The notes under the pieces are model-generated. The model had not been told where the DNA came from. It was given only the letters and a program-made list of their open reading frames with translations, and searched no databases. This document shows positions 10,445 to 20,785 of a stretch of DNA of 64,000 nucleotides, piece after piece. This DNA is from Mucilaginibacter sp. (GTDB lineage Bacteria > Bacteroidota > Bacteroidia > Sphingobacteriales > Sphingobacteriaceae). The DNA lies in the NCBI GenBank assembly GCA_028288305.1, contig JAQBOA010000056.1, positions 54,026-118,025 of the forward strand. Reading direction: 5' to 3'. The translations under genes and the position numbers were made by a program. Numbering within the stretch: the first letter of the stretch is position 1; each line of letters opens with the position of its first letter.

Positions 10445-10523
10445 TTGGTTTAGTTTAAAAATACGAGGTTGTAATAAGCTCTAATTTCGCAGTTATGCTG
10501 AATTTTTTTCGTAGATATAATAA

Positions 10524-11732
10524 ATGAAAAAGCTAACCGGGTCATTCACACAAATATTACCGTTAACAGGCCTCCCTCTAAAGGGGCCGCTTAAGGATGA
10601 TCAATTGCAGATCATTACTAAAGGGGGAATGTTGATTGAAAATGGCTTGATCATAGCGGTTGGGGACTTTGAAAAGCTGCATAAAGAAAATCCTTCTGTA
10701 CAAATTGAAGAAATAAAAGGCGATCAAGTTTTGTTGCCGGGTTTTATTGATTGCCATACCCATATTTGTTACGCTGGAAACCGGGCAAAGGATTATGCAT
10801 TGCGGATACAAGGAAAATCGTATCTTGAAATTGCAAAAGCGGGGGGCGGAATTTGGGATACAGTAACACAAACACGTGCAGCAGATGAAGGTTCACTTGT
10901 TGAGTTATTGCTTCAAAGAGTGGAACGCCATTTATCAGAAGGCGTAACTACCATAGAAGTTAAAAGCGGTTATGGCTTATCGGTTGAAGAAGAATTGAAA
11001 CAATTGAGAACTATAAAAGCGGCCCAATCTAAGACAAAAGCTAATTTAGTTGCAACCTGCCTTGCTGCCCATATGGTACCAATGGACTTTAATGGAAGCC
11101 AATCTGATTACCTGGAGTATATATTGAACAACTTGCTTCCCATCGTAAAAAAAGAAAACTTAGCCAGCCGGGTTGATATATTTATTGAGGAAAGTGCTTT
11201 TAGTGTTGATAATGCTTTTAGGTATCTGACAAAAGCTAAACAAATGGGCTTTGACGTGACCGTTCATGCCGATCAGTTTACAGCAGGAGGCAGTGCTGTT
11301 GCCGTTAAAGTGGGGGCTGTTTCTGCAGATCATTTGGAAGCAAGTGGCGATGAAGAAATAAAATTATTGGCAAATTCAAATACTGTAGCTGTAGTTTTGC
11401 CGGGCGCTTCGCTGGGTTTAGGTATGCCTTATGCTCCTGCGAGGAAATTGTTGGATGCAGGCGCTTGTCTTGCCATTGCCAGCGATTGGAACCCGGGTTC
11501 AGCACCTATGGGCGATTTACTGGTGCAGGCAGCGGTAATGAGTGCAGCTGAAAAATTAAGCACAGCCGAGGTGTTTGCCGGGCTAACTTCCCGTGCGGCA
11601 AATGCATTAAAACTTAGTGATAGGGGTACATTATCAATCGGTATGCGTGCTGATACGCAGGCTTATCCTTGCGGGGATTATCGCGAAATACTTTATAACC
11701 AGGGGAAACTCAGATCGCAGATTTTATATTGA
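10524..11732 (+). CDS. hutI: Imidazolonepropionase
   Basis: DCHTH, EVKSGYGL, TVHADQF, ASDWNPGS; adjacent to ftcD. Confidence 0.95.
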   Translation: MKKLTGSFTQILPLTGLPLKGPLKDDQLQIITKGGMLIENGLIIAVGDFEKLHKENPSVQIEEIKGDQVLLPGFIDCHTHICYAGNRAKDYALRIQGKSYLEIAKAGGGIWDTVTQTRAADEGSLVELLLQRVERHLSEGVTTIEVKSGYGLSVEEELKQLRTIKAAQSKTKANLVATCLAAHMVPMDFNGSQSDYLEYILNNLLPIVKKENLASRVDIFIEESAFSVDNAFRYLTKAKQMGFDVTVHADQFTAGGSAVAVKVGAVSADHLEASGDEEIKLLANSNTVAVVLPGASLGLGMPYAPARKLLDAGACLAIASDWNPGSAPMGDLLVQAAVMSAAEKLSTAEVFAGLTSRAANALKLSDRGTLSIGMRADTQAYPCGDYREILYNQGKLRSQILY

Positions 11733-11839
11733 TTTTTGTGATTTTGCTGATTATTTAAGGATTTCACCGATGGTTTTAAATGATTACACCGATGAAATAT
11801 TATTAATGACTAATGACAATTCCTATACATTTGAAAGGT

Positions 11840-11872
11840 AGATTTGACAACTTTTAAAAAGTTGTCAAATCT
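11840..11872. repeat. 33-bp perfect palindrome
   Basis: AGATTTGACAACTTTT-A-AAAAGTTGTCAAATCT. Confidence 0.9.
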
Positions 11873-11914
11873 TTAAGCATCACTGATAAAAATAGTATTA
11901 TGAATTAATGACCA

Positions 11915-13603
11915 ATGACTAAGCTAATAGAATGCGTCCCAAATTTCAGTGAAGGTGTAAACCTTGATATTATCAGACAGATCACCAATGAAATAGAAAC
12001 GGTTGAAGGTGTAAGGTTGCTGAATGTTGATCCCGGCAAGGCGACTAACCGTACCGTGGTAACTTTTGTAGGGGCGCCGGGGAAAGTTATTGAAGCAGCT
12101 TTTTTGGCCATTAAAAAAGCTGGCGAACTGATTGATATGAGCAAACATAAAGGTGAACATCCCCGTATGGGCGCTACAGATGTTTGTCCGCTGATACCTA
12201 TTGCCAATATCAGTATGGAGGAAACTGCTGAATATGCAAGGAAACTGGCAAAGCGGGTTGGTGAAGAGCTGCATATTCCGGTTTATTTGTATGAATATGC
12301 GCAGCCGGATAAAAGCCGTAACAACTTATCGGTGATCAGGGCAGGGGAGTATGAGGGCTTTTTTAAGAAGATAAAATTGCTGGAATGGAAACCTGATTTT
12401 GGTCCTGCTGAGTTTGATGTCAAACGGGGGGCAACAGTTATAGGTGCAAGGGATTTTTTAATAGCCTATAATGTGAACCTGAACACAACCTCTACCCGCA
12501 GGGCTAATTCTGTCGCTTTTGATGTGCGTGAAGCCGGACGTGTTTTGCGCGAAGGCGATCCGGTTAATGGTAAGATAATAACCGATGAAAATGGTAAGCC
12601 AAAATCAATCCCAGGTTCATTAAAGGCGGTAAAAGCTATAGGCTGGTATATTGAGGAGTATGGAATAGCTCAGATTTCCATGAATCTTACCAATATAGAA
12701 GTTACTCCCATGCATGTAGCTTTTGACGAAGTATGTACCAAAGCTACAGAACGGGGCATGCGGGTAACGGGCAGTGAACTGGTGGGATTAATCCCTTTAA
12801 AAGCCATGCTGGATGCTGGTAAGTATTTCCTGCTTAAACAGCAGCGTTCGGTAGGGGTAAGTGAAAAAGAGTTGATCCGGATTGCTATACTTTCAATGGG
12901 ATTGTCTGAATTAGCGCCTTTTAAGCCGGAAGAACGGATTATAGAATATTTGCTTAAAGATAAAGCATCATCCAAACTGGCCTCCATGAGTTTGGCTGAT
13001 TTTGCTGATGAAACTGCAAGTGAAAGCTCTGCACCTGGCGGCGGTTCTATTTCTGCTTATATCGGCGCATTAGGTGCTTCTTTGGCTGCTATGGTGGCTA
13101 ACTTGTCATCCCACAAAAAAGGCTGGGATAACCGCTGGAAGGAATTTAGCGACTGGGCCGAAAGGGGCCAGCAGTATAAGGATGAGCTAATAAAACTGGT
13201 TGATGAAGATACTGCAGCATTTAATAAAGTAATGGAAGCGTTCGGCATGCCAAAATCTACACCTGACGAAAAAGCAGCAAGAGATCACGCTATACAGGAC
13301 GCTACCAAATACGCTATTGAAATTCCTTTTAAAGTGATGCAGGCCGCTTATAGCAGCATGACCGTTATAAAAGCCATGGCCGAAATTGGTAACCCTAATT
13401 CAATATCTGATGCTGGTGTGGCAGCATTATGTGCCCGCAGCGCAGTTATAGGCGCTTTTATGAATGTGAAAATAAACGCTCAAGAGTATAAGGAGCAGGA
13501 TTTTATAAAGGCTATTATTAATGACGGTACTGAGTTAGCGAGAAAAGCAATTGAATTAGAAATTGAAATTATTGGATTAATAAATAATAAAATTCATTTT
13601 TAA
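11915..13603 (+). CDS. ftcD: Glutamate formiminotransferase / formiminotetrahydrofolate cyclodeaminase
   Basis: ECVPNFSEG, HKGEHPRMGATDVCP, APGGGS in cyclodeaminase domain. Confidence 0.95.
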   Translation: MTKLIECVPNFSEGVNLDIIRQITNEIETVEGVRLLNVDPGKATNRTVVTFVGAPGKVIEAAFLAIKKAGELIDMSKHKGEHPRMGATDVCPLIPIANISMEETAEYARKLAKRVGEELHIPVYLYEYAQPDKSRNNLSVIRAGEYEGFFKKIKLLEWKPDFGPAEFDVKRGATVIGARDFLIAYNVNLNTTSTRRANSVAFDVREAGRVLREGDPVNGKIITDENGKPKSIPGSLKAVKAIGWYIEEYGIAQISMNLTNIEVTPMHVAFDEVCTKATERGMRVTGSELVGLIPLKAMLDAGKYFLLKQQRSVGVSEKELIRIAILSMGLSELAPFKPEERIIEYLLKDKASSKLASMSLADFADETASESSAPGGGSISAYIGALGASLAAMVANLSSHKKGWDNRWKEFSDWAERGQQYKDELIKLVDEDTAAFNKVMEAFGMPKSTPDEKAARDHAIQDATKYAIEIPFKVMQAAYSSMTVIKAMAEIGNPNSISDAGVAALCARSAVIGAFMNVKINAQEYKEQDFIKAIINDGTELARKAIELEIEIIGLINNKIHF

Positions 13604-13612
13604 AACCGGCTG

Positions 13613-14851
13613 TCAGTTTCCCACAAGATATTTTAAATATTTTTTAATACTGTCGGAATACGTGGGGAAATCATTTTCAGGTAAGTAGTCATCCAATAAT
13701 TTCACCAGCCGGAATCCTATTCCATTAGCATTTTTATCGGTAGTATTGTCTATTTTTTCAAAAATTTCAGTTCTTATAACATTAATTGGCATTAATTCAT
13801 TCAGACTGTTTGGATTAACTTCTGTAAAAGTTGAAACTAATTTTTGTACTTCGGCAATATATTGATCATCTGATTCCGGCTTCTCGTTGGTTGCATTAAT
13901 TTTATTTACAACAGGGTATAACAACAAATTGTCATTTAAACCTAATTGTTCATCTGATGTAATGCTTTTAGTAAAATAGACATCCCTTTTAAATTTATTT
14001 TCTTGCAGCAAACTCAGAAACAGCCTGTCACCTCTTTGGATAAAATGTTCCTTAAAAGTTGGTTTTAATATCCACGAAAAAACTGTAGTAGTTTGATCTA
14101 CCGGGATGTTAATGGTAGAGTCTGCCCAGTGTTTGTAATTTAAAGTATCTAATGCTGGTTCATTTATGCCGAATTTTAAAGGGGTTGTGCGTTCTATAAA
14201 CCTGGGATACCAATCTGTGTTTAGCATGCTAATGTTGACAATGGTAACGTCGGTACGTAACTTTTCTATTATTTGTAAATAATAAAGCGGAAAAATATAA
14301 TCATCTCCCGACACCATAAGAATCGAATTGGTGCTACAATGGTTTAATACAGAACGGTTAATTGCTAAAATAAAATCATCGAATCCGCCCCTTGTTTTAC
14401 CCGCCTTAAAAGCCCATTTAACTGAATCTTTTTTATTGTCTTTTTTAGTGGCTTTTGCCAGGTATGACAATGCTAATGCGCCCCATTCTGATGTTATTTT
14501 TGAGTATGGATCAAGTGTAACGATCTCGCCTGTGTATAAAGGAGTTAATGTATTTATCTGCTCAAATTCAGCACTGGCTTGTTCAACTAAAGGTAACCGC
14601 ATTTTCGGAATGGCTGATGCATCATTTGAATTAACACGGCTATAAGCGTAACCTAAAAAATAATGCGCTTCGGCACTGCCGGGATTTAGAGTTACAGCCT
14701 TTTGCAGGTTATTTACAGCAGATTTGTAGTCGGGTTTTTCGAGGCCGCTTTTAAACTGGGCCTTTCCCCTGTTTAATAGGGTATCAAACGATTGGCTATG
14801 ACAATCAATGCTTAATATTAATAATAATGGAAGCAGGCTTATATATTTCAT
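13613..14851 (-). CDS. Secreted TPR protein with DUF2723-like C-terminal domain
   Basis: Signal peptide from ATG 14851; TPR (KAVTLNPGSAEAHYFLGYAY); SILMVSGDDYIFPLYYLQ..E..RTDV.IVNISMLNTDWY motif. Confidence 0.7.
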   Translation of the reverse strand: MKYISLLPLLLILSIDCHSQSFDTLLNRGKAQFKSGLEKPDYKSAVNNLQKAVTLNPGSAEAHYFLGYAYSRVNSNDASAIPKMRLPLVEQASAEFEQINTLTPLYTGEIVTLDPYSKITSEWGALALSYLAKATKKDNKKDSVKWAFKAGKTRGGFDDFILAINRSVLNHCSTNSILMVSGDDYIFPLYYLQIIEKLRTDVTIVNISMLNTDWYPRFIERTTPLKFGINEPALDTLNYKHWADSTINIPVDQTTTVFSWILKPTFKEHFIQRGDRLFLSLLQENKFKRDVYFTKSITSDEQLGLNDNLLLYPVVNKINATNEKPESDDQYIAEVQKLVSTFTEVNPNSLNELMPINVIRTEIFEKIDNTTDKNANGIGFRLVKLLDDYLPENDFPTYSDSIKKYLKYLVGN

Positions 14852-15015
14852 TATATTTAAAAATATCTTAATTATACTACATTCGATAATTAAAATATTA
14901 GCTATATATACGATATTATTCATTAAAATGTTTAATTAAAATAATATAATATTAATTTTCATAGGGCGCTGCGGCTTTTTAGCGTTTTTACTTTAATATG
15001 CCGATATTTGAGTTA

Positions 15016-16647
15016 ATGAATAAACTGTCCGGCTGCCTGGTTATATTTCTTTTTCTTCAGTTTGTCTCCTGTACTTCTGATCAATCGTCATCAAAAAAAA
15101 CAATTTTTAATATTAACCTGGATGAAGGCCTTAGCTCCCTTGACCCCGCTTTTGCCCGTAACCATAACGCCCTTTGGATGGATAACCAGGTTTTTAATGG
15201 ATTGGTACAAATTGATGATAGCCTTAAAACACGCCCCTGCATTGCCAAAAGCTGGGAGATATCACCTGATGGGGCAACATATACTTTCCATTTACGGAAT
15301 GATGTTTATTTTCATGACCATCCTCTTTTTAAAAATGGCAAGGGCCGTAAGGCGGTAGCCGCTGATTTTGTTTACAGTTTTTCACGGCTTATTGACCCCA
15401 AAGTAGCATCATCCGGATCGTGGATATTTAGCGATAAGGTTGAAAGCAAAAATTCTTTTACAGCTTTGAATGATACTACCTTTCGTGTTAAACTTAAATA
15501 TCCGTTTCCGCCATTTTTGAGCATGCTAACGGCGCAATATTGCTCAGTTGTGCCACATGAAGTGGTTGATTATTATGGCAAGGATTTTCGTCAACATCCA
15601 GTTGGTACCGGCCCCTTTAGGTTTAAATACTGGAAAGAAGGCGAGGTGATGGTTTTGCTGAAGAATGAAAAGTATTGGGAAAAGGATAAAGATAGTAGTC
15701 GTTTACCCCATCTGGATGCTATACGTGCGACATTTATCGGCGATAAGCAAACCGAGTTTATGGAATTTATCAGTAAAAAGCTTGATTTTTTAAATGATAT
15801 TGATGGCAGTTACCGGGATGATATTCTTACAAAATCGGGTATGGTTACAAAGAAATATAAGGGGAAATTTATTTTAAGTACGGGTCCGTATCTTAATACA
15901 ATTTACCTGGGTATGCTGGTAGATAGCAGCCTGGCCATAGTTAAAAGTTCACCACTGCGGCATCTGAAAATAAGACAGGCTATCAATTACGCTATCGACA
16001 GGCAAAAGATGATCAAGTACCTGCGTAATAATATGGGCACTGCCGGTACAGCAGGCTTTATACCTATGGGGATGCCGGGTTTTAACGCTAAAGAAGTGCA
16101 TGGATATAGTTATAATCCCGACAAGGCCAGGCAATTGTTAAAGGAAGCAGGTTACCCTGATTGCAAAGGCCTGCCCGAAATTGTGTTGCATACAACGGTT
16201 GGTTACCGCAGTTTAATAGAATATGTACAAGGCCAACTGGACAGAATAGGCATAAAGACCAGCGTAGAGATTACCCAGGGCGCAAGTCTGCGCGAACTGG
16301 TATCAAAAAATGGCGTTAACTTTTTTTATGGTTCCTGGATAGCCGATTACCCGGATGCAGAAAACTACCTGTCTGTATTTTACTCGAAGAACAAAATACC
16401 ATTTGGCCCCAACTATACCGGTTTCAATAATAAACAGTTCGACGCCTTGTTTGATCAAGCTTATCATGAAGCAAATGATGAAAAGCGTTATGCCCTGTAT
16501 CGCCAAATGGATAAGCTGGTAATGCAGCAATCGCCGGTAGTGGTTTTGTATTATGATAAGCGTGTTAATCTTTATCAGAACAATATATCGGGATATAGTA
16601 TTAATGCGCAGAATTTACTGACGTTGAAAAGAGTGGTGAAGAAGTGA
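15016..16647 (+). CDS. ABC transporter substrate-binding lipoprotein (family 5)
   Basis: Lipobox-like VSC, LSSLDPAFA, HPVGTGPF, YNPDKARQLL, WIADYPD; start 15016 or 14998. Confidence 0.92.
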   Translation: MNKLSGCLVIFLFLQFVSCTSDQSSSKKTIFNINLDEGLSSLDPAFARNHNALWMDNQVFNGLVQIDDSLKTRPCIAKSWEISPDGATYTFHLRNDVYFHDHPLFKNGKGRKAVAADFVYSFSRLIDPKVASSGSWIFSDKVESKNSFTALNDTTFRVKLKYPFPPFLSMLTAQYCSVVPHEVVDYYGKDFRQHPVGTGPFRFKYWKEGEVMVLLKNEKYWEKDKDSSRLPHLDAIRATFIGDKQTEFMEFISKKLDFLNDIDGSYRDDILTKSGMVTKKYKGKFILSTGPYLNTIYLGMLVDSSLAIVKSSPLRHLKIRQAINYAIDRQKMIKYLRNNMGTAGTAGFIPMGMPGFNAKEVHGYSYNPDKARQLLKEAGYPDCKGLPEIVLHTTVGYRSLIEYVQGQLDRIGIKTSVEITQGASLRELVSKNGVNFFYGSWIADYPDAENYLSVFYSKNKIPFGPNYTGFNNKQFDALFDQAYHEANDEKRYALYRQMDKLVMQQSPVVVLYYDKRVNLYQNNISGYSINAQNLLTLKRVVKK

Positions 16648-16665
16648 TTTACGATTTTTAAAAAT

Positions 16666-16760
16666 TTGTCATTGCGAACGAGGAACGAGCGAAGCAATCG
16701 CAAACTTTGCACATCGGATATGCATAGTTCGCGATTGCCGCGCTGCGCTCGCAATGACAA
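16666..16760. repeat. REP-like family A (TTGTCATTGCGA...TCGCAATGACAA)
   Basis: Inverted termini; copies at 19416-20587, 43017-43076, 45630-45725, 54669-54789. Confidence 0.9.
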
Positions 16761-16796
16761 GAGGCTGATTAATTGCTCCTGCTTGCTTTTTATTAT

Positions 16797-16905
16797 TTGA
16801 ACTAGGATTCGCAGGATTTTAAGATTATAAGATTAATTTGGTTAATAAGATACAAGTTTATTAATCCTGGCAATCCTTAAATCTTACAAATCTTAGTTCA
16901 GACAA
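16797..16905. repeat. Palindromic repeat family B
   Basis: TTTGAACTAGGATT ... AATCTTAGTTCAGACAA with internal AATCCT/AGGATT units. Confidence 0.8.
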
Positions 16906-16979
16906 CAAAAAAAGTCTCCCCAAAATGAGAAGGCTTTTACGGATCAGCTTTCAGCTTTTACCTTTCGGCTTTCGCCTCA

Positions 16980-19244
16980 CTATGCCATTTGTCTGCGGAT
17001 AATATTCAACGCTCCTCCAGCTTTGAACCACTCAATTTGCTGTGCATTGTAAGTGTGATTTACCGGAAAGGATTCAACAGAGCCATCTTTATGATGCAAT
17101 ACAACGGTTAACTGCTTGCCTGGGGCAAACTCTTTTAATCCGGTGATATCAATGTTGTCGTCTTCCTGTATCTTATCATAATCATTGCTGTTGCCAAAGG
17201 TGATAGCCAGCATACCTTGTTTTTTAAGGTTGGTTTCGTGGATACGGGCAAATGATTTTACCAGTATGGCCCTTACGCCCAGGTGACGCGGTTCCATGGC
17301 TGCATGTTCACGTGATGAACCTTCGCCATAGTTTTCATCGCCAACTACAATTGAACCAACTCCATGCGCTTTGTAATCGCGCTGGGTAGCAGGCACCGGA
17401 CCATATTCGCCGGTAAGCTGATCCTTTACAGTGTCGGCTGTGTTATTAAAATAGTTGATTGCTCCAATCAGCATATTGTTAGAAATATTGTCCAAATGGC
17501 CACGGAACTTTAACCATGGCCCGGCCATTGAAATATGGTCGGTAGTACATTTGCCTTTTGCTTTAATCAGTAGCTTCAAACCGGTAATATCTGTACCTTC
17601 CCATGCAGGGAACGGATCAAGTAATTGAAGACGTGAAGATTTTGGATCAACTTTAACTTCTACATGACTGCCGTCTTCAGCAGGGGCCTGGTAACCGGCA
17701 TCTTCAACAGCAAAGCCTTTTAACGGCATTTCAATTCCTAACGGCTCATCCAATTTTACCTGTTCGCCGCGGTCATTGGTCAACGTATCAACAAGCGGGT
17801 TAAAAGTAAGATCGCCTGCTATAGCAAACGCTGTAACAATTTCTGGCGAAGCTACGAATGCATGTGTATTAGGATTGCCATCGTTACGCTTAGCAAAGTT
17901 GCGGTTAAACGAAGTGATGATGGAGTTTTTTCGTGTTGGATCAGCCGTATGCCTTGCCCATTGACCAATACATGGTCCGCATGCATTAGCAAGGACAACA
18001 CCTCCCATTTCTTCAAAAGTATTAAGGTAGCCGTCGCGTTCAACTGTATAACGCACCAATTCTGATCCAGGGGTTATGGTAAATTCAGCTTTTGTTTTTA
18101 AGTGTTTGTCAATAGCTTGTTTGGCGATGGAGGCCGAACGGGTTATATCTTCATAAGATGAATTGGTACATGAACCTATCAAACCAACCTCTAACTCAGC
18201 AGGCCAATTGTTTTCTTTTACTGCTTTAGCAAATTTGGAGATGGGCCAGGCCAAATCGGGTGTGAATGGGCCGTTTACGTGCGGTTCCAATTCGGTAAGG
18301 TTAATTTCTATTACCTGGTCAAAATATTGTTCAGGGTTGGCATAAACCTCATCATCGCCTGTTAAATGTTCTTTTATAGCATCAGCCAACTTAGCAATAT
18401 CAGCACGTTTTGTGCCGCTTAGATAGGCTGCAGCTTTTTCATCGTAACCAAAAATAGAGGTGGTTGCACCAATTTCGGCGCCCATATTACAGATAGTACC
18501 TTTTCCGGTTGCTGATAATGAACGCGCACCTTCGCCAAAATATTCAACAATAGCGCCCGTACCACCTTTCACAGTTAAAATACCGGCAACTTTAAGGATA
18601 ACGTCTTTAGCAGATGTCCAGCCGGATAATTTCCCTGTTAATTTAACGCCGATTAGTTTTGGAAATTTAAGCTCCCATGGCAAACCCGCCATCACGTCGC
18701 AGGCATCAGCGCCACCAACACCAATAGCAATCATACCCAATCCTCCGGCATTTGGTGTATGTGAATCTGTACCGATCATCATACCGCCGGGGAAAGCATA
18801 GTTTTCTAAAACTACCTGGTGAATAATACCGGCGCCTGGTTTCCAGAAACCCAGGCCATATTTATCAGACACCGAAGCCAGGAAATCATAAACCTCTTTA
18901 TTAACATCTTTAGCTGTGCTTAAATCTTCAATAGCGCCAATTTTTGCCTGTATCAAATGGTCGCAATGTACAGTTGACGGGACTGCTACCTGTGGCCTGC
19001 CTGCCTGCATAAACTGTAGCAGCGCCATTTGAGCCGTTGCATCCTGCATGGCAACACGGTCCGGTGCAAAGTCAACATAATCAACTCCGCGTCCGAATGC
19101 GTGTTTAGCATCACCTTCAGAAAGGTGGGCGTATAATATTTTTTCAGTTAAAGTTAAGTGTTTACCAGTCGCTTTGCGGGCAGCAGCCACACGGGTGCTG
19201 TAGCGGTCGTAAACTTTTTTGATCATATCTAAATCAAAAGCCAT
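16980..19244 (-). CDS. acnA: Aconitate hydratase (mitochondrial-type, common in Bacteroidota)
   Basis: [36 protein letters not shown] (Fe-S Cys), [15 protein letters not shown]. Confidence 0.96.
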   Translation of the reverse strand: MAFDLDMIKKVYDRYSTRVAAARKATGKHLTLTEKILYAHLSEGDAKHAFGRGVDYVDFAPDRVAMQDATAQMALLQFMQAGRPQVAVPSTVHCDHLIQAKIGAIEDLSTAKDVNKEVYDFLASVSDKYGLGFWKPGAGIIHQVVLENYAFPGGMMIGTDSHTPNAGGLGMIAIGVGGADACDVMAGLPWELKFPKLIGVKLTGKLSGWTSAKDVILKVAGILTVKGGTGAIVEYFGEGARSLSATGKGTICNMGAEIGATTSIFGYDEKAAAYLSGTKRADIAKLADAIKEHLTGDDEVYANPEQYFDQVIEINLTELEPHVNGPFTPDLAWPISKFAKAVKENNWPAELEVGLIGSCTNSSYEDITRSASIAKQAIDKHLKTKAEFTITPGSELVRYTVERDGYLNTFEEMGGVVLANACGPCIGQWARHTADPTRKNSIITSFNRNFAKRNDGNPNTHAFVASPEIVTAFAIAGDLTFNPLVDTLTNDRGEQVKLDEPLGIEMPLKGFAVEDAGYQAPAEDGSHVEVKVDPKSSRLQLLDPFPAWEGTDITGLKLLIKAKGKCTTDHISMAGPWLKFRGHLDNISNNMLIGAINYFNNTADTVKDQLTGEYGPVPATQRDYKAHGVGSIVVGDENYGEGSSREHAAMEPRHLGVRAILVKSFARIHETNLKKQGMLAITFGNSNDYDKIQEDDNIDITGLKEFAPGKQLTVVLHHKDGSVESFPVNHTYNAQQIEWFKAGGALNIIRRQMA

Positions 19245-19507
19245 TGTATTGATTTTTAGGTGAGAAATGTAAATAATTCATCCGCCATTCGATGGACAAT
19301 TAGCGGCGAATTTACAAAAATTACCACTAATTGATAACAGCGTTTTTGATAAATGTTATTTGGAGATGTTCTAAATAGGGGTTGGGGATTATTTAAGCTG
19401 TCCATTTCTCCACGCGTCATTGCGAGGTACGAAGCAATCTCTACAAAGGATATTACCGTGATGCATATCGTTTAGGCATAGTTCAGAGATTGCTTCGTAC
19501 TCGCAAT

Positions 19508-20579
19508 TGTAAGGGTTTAGTAAATCGGTAATGGAATAGGCAATTATTTTTTGTTGTTTAGGGAGGCCATATCGATAGGTTTTTTGCCATTAATGCCTTG
19601 ATGAGGCCTTTCCCAATTATAATAGACCAGGTATTTAAGCAGCTCATCTTCGAGTTCTTTAAAGCTGTCAAAGTCGGTATCCTCAATCAAGTCGTCTTTA
19701 AGCGTTCGCCAGAAACGTTCAACCTTTCCATTGGTTTGCGGGCGGTATGGTTGGATATAACGGCGCTTGATACCTGTCTCAATTAGCATCCTTTCGAACG
19801 GATGGTTTTTTTTGTTCTGGCTGATTGCCGGGCCGAATTCCGGGCCGTTATCGGTGATTATCTCCTCGAACTGGATGCCAAACTCCCGTTTGAGCGCCTG
19901 CATGCAGCGCATAGCAGTAAACATGGTAGTTAAAGCGGTGATGTCTTCCATTACTTCTGCCCAGGCCAGCCGGGAGTAATCATCAATCACACAAAGCAGG
20001 TAAAGCTTCCTGTTTTGCCCCCTGATAACACTTTTACTCAAGTGATGACAGTCAATATGTCCTAACTGGCCCATACGCTCCTTGATGATTTTTCGCTTTA
20101 CCTCTCTATCAGCTGCCGTTAAACGGTTTTGCTGATAACGCTTCAGGATATTATATACCCCGGATGCCGATGGCGTAAATTTATCTGATTTTTGTTTAAG
20201 CTGACTGGCTATTTCAAACTTATTACAGCCACGCTGGCGTAGTTCCAGCACCTGCTGCTCATCCTGTAAAGAAGGCTTGCGGGTACTATATCGCGGGCCA
20301 CGCTTACCCGGCAACAGGTCCAGCTCATTGCCTGACTGCTTAAAACGGTTGTAGTATTTTAAAAAGCTTCTTGCATCAGTATCATGGGCACTATAAAAGT
20401 CCTTGACCAAACGAAAGGTCGGATGTTCGCCACTTTTTACCTGTTCATACTCTTTAATCAGGAAGCGGTATTTGTTCAGGTAATTCCGCTTTAGGGTTAA
20501 GTCATTTGTATTGATTCGCATAACTCTTAACTTTAATTATATAAAGCTAATTCTGTTACCGAATTATCTGACCTTTACA
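19508..20579 (-). mobile_element. IS481-family insertion sequence (1072 bp)
   Basis: TGTA...TACA ends, 34-bp imperfect IRs (24/34 by hand count), 5-bp direct repeat GCAAT at 19503-19507 and 20580-20584. Confidence 0.92.
19544..20521 (-). CDS. IS481-family DDE transposase (intact)
   Basis: GHID (D), ITDNGPEF (D), PQTNGKVERFWRTL (E), YNWERPHQGI. Confidence 0.92.
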   Translation of the reverse strand: MRINTNDLTLKRNYLNKYRFLIKEYEQVKSGEHPTFRLVKDFYSAHDTDARSFLKYYNRFKQSGNELDLLPGKRGPRYSTRKPSLQDEQQVLELRQRGCNKFEIASQLKQKSDKFTPSASGVYNILKRYQQNRLTAADREVKRKIIKERMGQLGHIDCHHLSKSVIRGQNRKLYLLCVIDDYSRLAWAEVMEDITALTTMFTAMRCMQALKREFGIQFEEIITDNGPEFGPAISQNKKNHPFERMLIETGIKRRYIQPYRPQTNGKVERFWRTLKDDLIEDTDFDSFKELEDELLKYLVYYNWERPHQGINGKKPIDMASLNNKK

Positions 20580-20600
20580 GCAATGACAAATAGGTATGGC

Positions 20601-20637
20601 GTTGAAACCCCGCTCTCCCAAGGGAGGGAATCGCACG
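20601..20637. repeat. REP-like family H (CCCCTCCCAAGGGAGGGAA type)
   Basis: GGGAGGGAATCGCAC is the exact reverse complement of 55394-55408; related arms at 20761-22246 and 55380-55512. Confidence 0.75.
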
Positions 20638-20785
20638 GGTCTTGCTTTTTTATCATGAAAATCCTAAGACGGCAGAGCCCTCTTGAACGCCATTAAAAAA
20701 CAAACAATAGGTGAAAAATCCTGTGAATCCTGATTCAGACAATGAGTGTTGATGCATGGCGTAGAAACACCCCCCTGCCCTCCTC

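Larger units (their letters stand above)
19416..20587. repeat. REP-like family A copy interrupted by IS481
   Basis: GTCATTGCGAGGTACGAAGCAATCTC at 19416; inverted arm GAGATTGCTTCGTACTCGCAAT|IS|GCAATGAC. Confidence 0.9.

Noticed and set aside
11915-19244. Eukaryote-like bifunctional FTCD and mitochondrial-type aconitase as possible cross-domain transfer
   Set aside because: Both forms are widespread native genes in Bacteroidota.
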